A DNA stretch of 62,966 bases from a virus (taxonomy: Duplodnaviria; Caudoviricetes), in the IMG/VR virus record IMGVR_UViG_3300025864_000015, positions 1 through 62,966 of that record, one strand, 5' to 3'. The notes beneath the pieces were generated by a model. The model did no database searches. It saw only the letters and a list, made by a program, of their open reading frames with translations, and had not been told where the DNA came from. The position numbers and the translations under genes were made by a program. Position 1 is the stretch's first letter. Each line of letters opens with the position of its first letter. Below, piece by piece: positions 56,776 through 62,966 of the stretch.

Positions 56776-57203
56776 TTCTGCCGCGCCAGGTCGAGAAGCC
56801 AGTCGCGCCACGTTGTTCCGGGGTCGGACTTCCGAAAGTCCCACGGCAGCGATGCGAACCCGGTACCGTCATCCCTGATTTTCCTCTTGTCACCGAACGC
56901 GCTAAGCAGCCGCAGGACGAAGCGGGCCTCGTGGCGGAATGAGTCGCGCACCTCCGCGTCTTCGGAAAGCTCACACCAGTGCGCCCAATCAACTCCGCTC
57001 TCCCCCGTGTTGCTGTTGGTCTTGGCCTCGCACAACGCCTCCGCCACCATCTTCTCTGTCAGCGGGCCATACGTGAGCTTGGCGCAGTTGGGGCAGTCGG
57101 TGCTGGACGGAAGTTGCATCAGCATGTCGCCATCGCGCGCCCGCGCCCAAGACGATACGAACACTTCGTGCCCGCACTCGTCACACGTGAATGTGACCTT
57201 CAC
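56772..57203 (-). CDS. Zinc-ribbon hypothetical protein
   Basis: CDEC...CPNC; coupled to the endolysin. Confidence 0.5.
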   Translation of the reverse strand: MKVTFTCDECGHEVFVSSWARARDGDMLMQLPSSTDCPNCAKLTYGPLTEKMVAEALCEAKTNSNTGESGVDWAHWCELSEDAEVRDSFRHEARFVLRLLSAFGDKRKIRDDGTGFASLPWDFRKSDPGTTWRDWLLDLARQK

Positions 57204-57883
57204 TTCTGCAGCCTAGCGAGGTCGAAGACGACGTTGATCTGCTCGAAACTGCGGAACTCGCGGCGCACGGCGTCAGGACCGGCCCCGCCCGCGTTGGCCT
57301 CGTCGGTGTGGATGTAGCTGACGTGCGCCCCTTCCGGCTTCACCTCGTCGATGGTTCCGATGTGGTCGCCGCTGCCGACGTAATGGGCGTAGTCCCATAC
57401 GAACGTGCAGCTCATTCCGGGGAGCCAGAGGTCGCGGTGAGGCACAATGATGTGATTGCGCTGCGCGTAGAGTTCCATCGCCGGGACGTAGGCCGGATTG
57501 CTGGGGGGCGGGCCGTTGAAGTGACAGAGCTTCCTGGCGACATACCAGTGCCCCTCGGCGCACCAGGGTTCATGCCAATCCAGTCCGCAGAACGCGGCGA
57601 TCTCACGTTGCTTGGCGCTTCCCTCCTTCACGCCCATGAGCGAATCGTAGCCTCGCGCCATGGCCTGGCGGAACTCCTGATGCACGTTCGGAGGGAGAAG
57701 CAGGTCACAGAGCGCCTGCGTCTTCTGCGCTGAGGGGTGCAGCCCGGCATGCGTAGAGACGCGCCAGGCGTTCGTCTGCGCACCGTTTCCCCACTGGTCG
57801 TTGTCCGCCCACAGGTGCTCGGCGATGTCGTGCCGCTTGATATACGCGGCCATCTTCTCTTTGACGAGCTTGTTGGACTGCAC
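57200..57883 (-). CDS. CHAP-domain endolysin
   Basis: PWCA, F.WD, DHIG, T.E.N; possible N-terminal peptidoglycan-binding segment; AGGAGG RBS. Confidence 0.7.
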   Translation of the reverse strand: MQSNKLVKEKMAAYIKRHDIAEHLWADNDQWGNGAQTNAWRVSTHAGLHPSAQKTQALCDLLLPPNVHQEFRQAMARGYDSLMGVKEGSAKQREIAAFCGLDWHEPWCAEGHWYVARKLCHFNGPPPSNPAYVPAMELYAQRNHIIVPHRDLWLPGMSCTFVWDYAHYVGSGDHIGTIDEVKPEGAHVSYIHTDEANAGGAGPDAVRREFRSFEQINVVFDLARLQK

Positions 57884-57940
57884 GGATGCCTCCTAGGTGA
57901 CTATCGACAACCTGATTCTGGACGCAGCTATCCCGATGTA

Positions 57941-57954
57941 CTACAAGCAGTTGC
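57941..57954 (-). promoter_or_regulatory. Conserved 14-bp phage motif, copy 5
   Basis: ctacaagcagttgc, identical to 29643-29656. Confidence 0.7.
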
Positions 57955-57999
57955 AGCCAACAGTTGACCGCGGCGCGGCGGTGTGATACTCGCGCGCGT

Positions 58000-58761
58000 C
58001 TACAGACTAGAGATGAGCTTTTCCAGGGCCGCCACAGCCGCTTTGAACGTCGCGAGAATGGCCTGCAGTGCGGCCTTGAGCCCGGTCGGGGTGGGAGGAG
58101 CGGGCGCGGGTGGCGGAGTGGGTACGAAGACGGGTAGCTCCACGGCCGCGCACGCCTCGCCACCGTTTGCCATGCAGACGGCGAGGTCGGCCCACGTGAT
58201 CTTGCACTTGCCGCCCTGGCCCCACGACGTGCCCCACGAGTTCTGCAGGTAGCAGTACGTGGCGTCGGCACCGTAGGCCGCGATGCCGTGGCCACCGGCG
58301 ACGTTGCCGGTCGGCCGCACGATGCCACTCGCGTCCGGCGTAAACATGCCGTCATACCAGTCGATGCCGAAGACCACGGGGCCGTGGTTGAGCAGGAACG
58401 TCTTTGCGTCAGGGAGGCTGCCGAAGGCGTAGGCGGCCAGCCTGCCGCGCTGCTTCATCGCCTTGGCTCCCGAACGCACGGAGGTGCCGTCCTCCTGCCG
58501 CGGCTCGCCGTCGATGACCTTGCACTCGTAGTAGATGGCGTCGCCGTCTGCGCCTGAGTAGTCGTCGTCGACCGGCAACGTATTGCCCCAGTCGGCGAAG
58601 CCGAAGCCGACGCAGTGCCCGCTGTCGCCCTGGTCAAGCACCGGGCCGACCCCCCAGTACATCTGCGTGATGCCGAAAGACGGGTGCAGATAGGTGGCGA
58701 GCTTGTAGTCGCGATCATCGGGCGGAGACGGGATTCGGCCGAGGCCGTGGGCGTTGGGCAT
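58000..58761 (-). CDS. Papain-like (C1) cysteine peptidase
   Basis: DQG..G.CVGF, GGH, QNSWG..WG..G. Confidence 0.88.
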   Translation of the reverse strand: MPNAHGLGRIPSPPDDRDYKLATYLHPSFGITQMYWGVGPVLDQGDSGHCVGFGFADWGNTLPVDDDYSGADGDAIYYECKVIDGEPRQEDGTSVRSGAKAMKQRGRLAAYAFGSLPDAKTFLLNHGPVVFGIDWYDGMFTPDASGIVRPTGNVAGGHGIAAYGADATYCYLQNSWGTSWGQGGKCKITWADLAVCMANGGEACAAVELPVFVPTPPPAPAPPTPTGLKAALQAILATFKAAVAALEKLISSL

Positions 58762-58769
58762 GAGGCCTC

Positions 58770-58844
58770 CTACAGCAACTTCGTGGCGAGGAAGACAATG
58801 AGAATGACGATGATGACGATGACTAAGACTCGCTCGATGGACAT
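58770..58844 (-). CDS. 24-aa single-TM peptide
   Basis: MSIERVLVIVIIVILIVFLATKLL with AGGAGA RBS. Confidence 0.6.
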   Translation of the reverse strand: MSIERVLVIVIIVILIVFLATKLL

Positions 58845-58852
58845 GGTTTCTC

Positions 58853-59254
58853 CTAATGCGATAGCTGAATGATGATCGAGACGATGAGGCCCGCGCTGGC
58901 GATGATTGCCGCGATGCCGTAGAGGGTGGCCTTCGTGCCCTCGCCTTGGCCCGCCCCGCGATCGGAGCGACGGCTGAGTTCGCTGATCCGCTCGTCCTGC
59001 TTGTCGTAACGCGCAGTGGCCGCGTTCTCGGCCTTCAGCACGGCCTCCTTGGCGTTCGTAAGAGCAATCTGGTTGGCCTTATCCGTCGCCACGAGAGCGG
59101 CCGTCGTGGCCTTGTCCATCCCCGTGAATCGGTCATCGGTTCGCTCCCAGAGCTTCTCAATGTCGTTAGTGAAGTTGCCCTGGAGCATCTCGACAGACGC
59201 CTTGAGCCCCGCCACCTGCGCGACCATCGCTTCTCTGAACGCTGCCTCTGTCAT
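58853..59254 (-). CDS. Coiled-coil protein with C-terminal TM (holin-like)
   Basis: AAGGA RBS; AKEAV.KAE.A...R; C-terminal hydrophobic helix. Confidence 0.6.
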   Translation of the reverse strand: MTEAAFREAMVAQVAGLKASVEMLQGNFTNDIEKLWERTDDRFTGMDKATTAALVATDKANQIALTNAKEAVLKAENAATARYDKQDERISELSRRSDRGAGQGEGTKATLYGIAAIIASAGLIVSIIIQLSH

Positions 59255-59300
59255 GTGCGCCTCATCAGGTTCCTTGTCTCGTCGGTGCGTGAATAGAGTC

Positions 59301-59329
59301 GGGGCCGCCCGGTATGCCCGGACGGCCCC
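59301..59329 (-). terminator. Hairpin after the tail genes
   Basis: Minus strand ggggccgtccgg-gcata-ccgggcggcccc with one G-U pair. Confidence 0.55.
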
Positions 59330-59366
59330 TGGTCGCGGAGGGGGTGCCGCGTTTCGAGAGGCTGTG

Positions 59367-60611
59367 TTAGCGCCGCTTGATTGACTTCGCCCCGGCGGCG
59401 AGCCGCGCGAGCCATACGTCGAAGCGCCTTGAGTTCTCGCCGAACTGCACATCCGCCGAAAGCTCCAGCGGGTGCAACGTCACGGCCGTGATCGGCTGCC
59501 CGTTCAAGGTGCCGCCGGGCCGCAATCCGAGGGCGTCCACGCCCTGTATCGTGACGCTGCCAGCGGGGCCGAGGGCGCCGTGGCTGGCGAGGAAGCGTTC
59601 GCCGAAGCGCGTCGCCTGATGCCCTGTCTTGATACTTTCCGGCGCGTCCAGATACTCATTACGCGGACCGGCGCCGCCGTGCACGATGACCTCGCGGCGC
59701 TTGCCCTTCGCGTTCGTGAAGCCGATGCGCACGCCGCCGAACTGCTCGTCGACGGTCTTCTCGATGGACCACGTGGTGCGCGGGTCGGAGTAGGCGTAGG
59801 AGTAGTCGGCGCCGTGACCCGGCTGGGCGAAATGCACGACGTTGTTCCCGTAGGCGGCGTAGTTGTCACCGGTCATGCCGCAGACCTCGTCAATGGCCTC
59901 CCAGCGGTCCTTGGGCAACCCGTCGAAGTACATCTCCGTGAGGTCGTAGTTCTTCGCGTCCCCGCCGCCGCTCATGCCTCCGACCTCAAGGATGTCCTTG
60001 AGTACGCGGCGCGTGGTCACGTTGCGCCCGAGGTCGCTGCCGTAGACGACCGCCTTCGTGATGCGGATGCCCCACGGCGGCGGGTCGGCCTTGGTGTACT
60101 GGTCGTTGAAGTGCTTCAGGTAGGCGTCAGTCGGCGGCGTGAAGCTGTAGGCGATGCACTCGACGCGCACCACGAGGCAGCGAGCCCGCTGGATGCTGTT
60201 CGTCGCGTGAATCTGAATGGGCCGCCACGAGGCCAGCCGCGCCTCTTCGAGCAGGGCGTCCAGTTCGGTCTGCAGATAGGCCTTGGCGGCGGGGGCGGTG
60301 GCGGCGTCGACCTCCAACTGCTTCGCCTCGATATCCGCTTGCAGAGCCGCACTTCCTGCGCCGGGTTCTAGCTGGCGGCGGAAGATGCAGGCGAGCTTGT
60401 CTCCGTCAATGTGCTCGCGCAGGTAGACCGACACGCGGAAGTAGGGATGCAACGCCGCCTGATACCCGCCGATGTCCATGTCGATGTCGACGGCGCGGAT
60501 GTAGTGGTCGCTGCTGATCACGTTCTCGTCGCCGGTGAGGCCGCCGTACAGCTCAAGGTAGACGCGCGCGTTCTGGCCCGGTGAGTCAAGTTCGACGACG
60601 GGATCGCTCAT
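59367..60611 (-). CDS. Minor tail protein
   Basis: Last gene of the tail cluster; hub-like C-terminal half. Confidence 0.55.
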   Translation of the reverse strand: MSDPVVELDSPGQNARVYLELYGGLTGDENVISSDHYIRAVDIDMDIGGYQAALHPYFRVSVYLREHIDGDKLACIFRRQLEPGAGSAALQADIEAKQLEVDAATAPAAKAYLQTELDALLEEARLASWRPIQIHATNSIQRARCLVVRVECIAYSFTPPTDAYLKHFNDQYTKADPPPWGIRITKAVVYGSDLGRNVTTRRVLKDILEVGGMSGGGDAKNYDLTEMYFDGLPKDRWEAIDEVCGMTGDNYAAYGNNVVHFAQPGHGADYSYAYSDPRTTWSIEKTVDEQFGGVRIGFTNAKGKRREVIVHGGAGPRNEYLDAPESIKTGHQATRFGERFLASHGALGPAGSVTIQGVDALGLRPGGTLNGQPITAVTLHPLELSADVQFGENSRRFDVWLARLAAGAKSIKRR

Positions 60612-60618
60612 AGCATCC

Positions 60619-61980
60619 TCACAGGTACGGCGGGAAGTCGCCCGCGTGATCGTCCGGCCAGCCCCAGTAGACGAACTCGTCGGTTAGCTCCTCGCCGGCG
60701 CAGTCGGTATGCGGCTGGTCTGCCGGGACGTGCGCGACGCTGATGCCTTCGGGGTAGATCGGCGTGTGCACCATGACCTCGTCGTAGTCGTCGTAGATGT
60801 CTTCGTAGCCAATCGGCACGGGGTACTCGACGAGGCTTTCGGCGGCGGTCGGGATACGGATGATCGCTGTTCCGCCGCCGCCCTTCGGGCCGGGGTTCAG
60901 CCCGTAGTTGCCCCTCGCCCCGCTGCCGCCGCCGCCCTTGCCGTCCACGCCCGCCTCGCCGCCTTCGCCGCCGCCGCCGTATCCGGCGTTCCCGGTCATA
61001 TAGCCCCAGTTATTCGGCCGCTCTGTGCCCGCGCCGCCGCCGCCGAACCACGGCACCCAGCGCCAGTTCGCCTCTTTGTAGAGGTGGTACTCGAGGCCGG
61101 TGCCCGGCCCTTGGAACCAGCCGGCGATATCGCAGGGCCGCCCGATGCCTCCGTTCGGCATGTCGCCGCCGTAGGCGGGCCACCATGAACCGCCACCGCC
61201 GCCAGCGGTGCGCCGATACATGGACGTTGACCCGCTGCCCGCGTGGCCCCAGTGCCCTTGATCGCCATGCGTGTTGAGGGCTCCGTCTTGATGGCCAAAC
61301 CAAATCATGTAGGCCTGGTACCGGTCCCACGGGGCCACGTCGTTCGAGGTTTCTACCCACAGGCCGCCGGGAGGTACGGTCCTGTCGGCGAACTCCCCGC
61401 CCAGCGGCCACGGCCCGCCGCCGCCGCCGCTGCCGCCGCCGCTGGGGCCGTAGTAAATCTCGTCCTCCGTTCCGTAGCCCGCGCGCGACCCCCACTGCGA
61501 GCTGCCGTAGCCGCCGCCGTGGGCCACTAGCCCAGAGAAGCTCGAATCGCCGCCTTGGTTGCCCTGCGCGGCCCGGTAGGCGACCTCCGCGCCGCCCGCG
61601 CCCACGATCACGTCGCCCGAGGTGATGTCGACGTCATGTTCGTCGAGGAAGCCTCCCGCACCGCCGCCGCCGCCCTGAACGCCGCCGCCGCCGGAGCCGC
61701 CGCCGGCGACGAGGAGCACGTCGGCCGTCACAAGTGACCTCTCGTGCAACAACTGGAACCTGTCGGACTGGCGGAACGTGTAGACCGTCCAGCCGGTCGC
61801 ACCCCCGTAGTAGTTGGGGAAGACGTTGACGAGAGCCGCGTTCACGTCGCGGTGGATGCCGAAGATGGAACTTCCGCCGAGGATCGAGCCGGCGCCGATG
61901 CCGAGTCCGTTGGAGTCGCGCCGCACCGAGAAGCCGGGCTGTACGCCGCTGCCGCCGGGGACGACGATATCGAGGCTCAT
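60619..61980 (-). CDS. Glycine-rich minor tail protein
   Basis: LLVAGGG.GG...GGGGGAGG...G.SSF...A.GGG.G...GG.G..IIR pattern. Confidence 0.75.
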   Translation of the reverse strand: MSLDIVVPGGSGVQPGFSVRRDSNGLGIGAGSILGGSSIFGIHRDVNAALVNVFPNYYGGATGWTVYTFRQSDRFQLLHERSLVTADVLLVAGGGSGGGGVQGGGGGAGGFLDEHDVDITSGDVIVGAGGAEVAYRAAQGNQGGDSSFSGLVAHGGGYGSSQWGSRAGYGTEDEIYYGPSGGGSGGGGGPWPLGGEFADRTVPPGGLWVETSNDVAPWDRYQAYMIWFGHQDGALNTHGDQGHWGHAGSGSTSMYRRTAGGGGGSWWPAYGGDMPNGGIGRPCDIAGWFQGPGTGLEYHLYKEANWRWVPWFGGGGAGTERPNNWGYMTGNAGYGGGGEGGEAGVDGKGGGGSGARGNYGLNPGPKGGGGTAIIRIPTAAESLVEYPVPIGYEDIYDDYDEVMVHTPIYPEGISVAHVPADQPHTDCAGEELTDEFVYWGWPDDHAGDFPPYL

Positions 61981-62832
61981 GCCGTGTTCCCCGAGGTACG
62001 CGAGGCGACCTCGAAGGTGTCCGGCGAGCTGCGCGCGCCCTGGTCGGTCGACCATCCCTGCAAGTCGCTGGTCACGTAGCAGCGCCGGAAGCCGCGGTGG
62101 TCGCGAAGCTTCGTCATCGGCCCGGCATAGGTGAGTGTCCAGCCGGCCGTCGAGCCGACGTTCTTCTGCCGACTCTCCAGTCTGCCACGGAAGGTCTGCC
62201 CGCCGCAGACAATAACGCAGTCGGAGTACATCGCCGGAGCCGAGCCGCCGCCGAGTATGGCGGTGTCGATCGTCGCGGCGATGAAGCCGCCGTGGTCGGA
62301 GAGGTCGATGGAGACGTCGAGGATGCCAGCGCGGTGCGTCAGCCCTTCGATACCGAGGGCGAAGCCGTGGCGGTAGAAGATGTCGGGCTTGATGAGGCCG
62401 GTCTCCCGCGCCGGCAGAGCCTCCCCGACAGACGCAAGGCGCGCGGCGCTGCCGGTGAAGATCGCGCCGAACGCGGCCATAGGTCCGACGTAGGCGTTGC
62501 CGAGATGTGGGCGCTGCGTCGTCGTAAGCGTGGCGGTGCCGTAGCGGGCGCGCAGGTTCGAGGGGCTGGTGAGGTGGGCGCGTCCGGCGATGGTGACGCT
62601 GCCGTGGGAGACCAGTTCGTTGTCGAAGTAAGCGTGCCCGGACAGCGAAACCGCCCCATGCGCGCTAAAGGGGTTGTCGGAATACAGAAAGGCATGGGCG
62701 GAAAGCGAGATGGTCCCGTGCGCGCGGAGCAGTTCCTCCCTGACCGCGATGACCGCCATGATGCCGTAGATGCTTGGCGGGCTGCCGCCCGTCACTGCCT
62801 GGGTGATATCACCAGATGCGCTGCTCGCGCTC
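61977..62832 (-). CDS. Minor tail protein, 3' part of the gene starting at 662
   Basis: Frame is open from 62832 to the stop at 61977; HG...S.HA repeats. Confidence 0.75.
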
Positions 62833-62958
62833 CTTCGCGCCGTGCGGAGAGTGAAGCGGGACGTCCCGTTGAATGTCGTGTTAGCGACCGTCGTCGTCCA
62901 GGAGGGGTCATCCGTGGCAAGGGCCGGCGCGGCGATGCCCGTTATCCCGGCTCCCGTC
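62833..62958. repeat. Terminal direct repeat (copy 2)
   Basis: Identical to 1-126. Confidence 0.95.
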
Positions 62959-62966
62959 TTGTCCGT

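Noticed and set aside
60619-61980. Diversity-generating retroelement target in the tail genes
   Set aside because: No reverse transcriptase and no TR/VR repeat pair seen

Overview
The window is an apparently complete, circularly assembled genome of a GC-rich temperate siphovirus-type phage. Bases 1-126 recur at 62833-62958, and a tail gene reads in frame across that join, giving a unit length of about 62,832 bp. The host is probably an Actinomycetota member; this is inferred from high GC and leaderless promoters only. Minus-strand HK97-like morphogenesis operon: HNH, terS, terL, portal, protease, capsid, head-tail genes, two paralogous tail-tube genes, tape measure and minor tail genes. Other modules: a split lysis module (papain-like peptidase, CHAP, SLT-like enzyme, holin candidates), a plus-strand cluster of small early genes, a tyrosine integrase, a replication/recombination arm with no recognisable polymerase or helicase, two DNA methyltransferases, two radical-SAM-type genes and several homing endonucleases. 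Most notable: (1) a translationally coupled three-enzyme RNA-repair operon (RtcB, RlaP-like Pol-beta nucleotidyltransferase, CCA-adding enzyme with HD domain) in a phage where I find no tRNA genes; (2) a 14-bp motif, SCAACYNCTTGTAG in the sense of transcription, ahead of the structural, lysis and RNA-repair operons; (3) a ~230-nt structured non-coding RNA candidate; (4) a C5-methyltransferase locus with two coextensive 1050-nt reading frames that split the conserved motifs. All family assignments come from motif recognition by eye; no searches were run.
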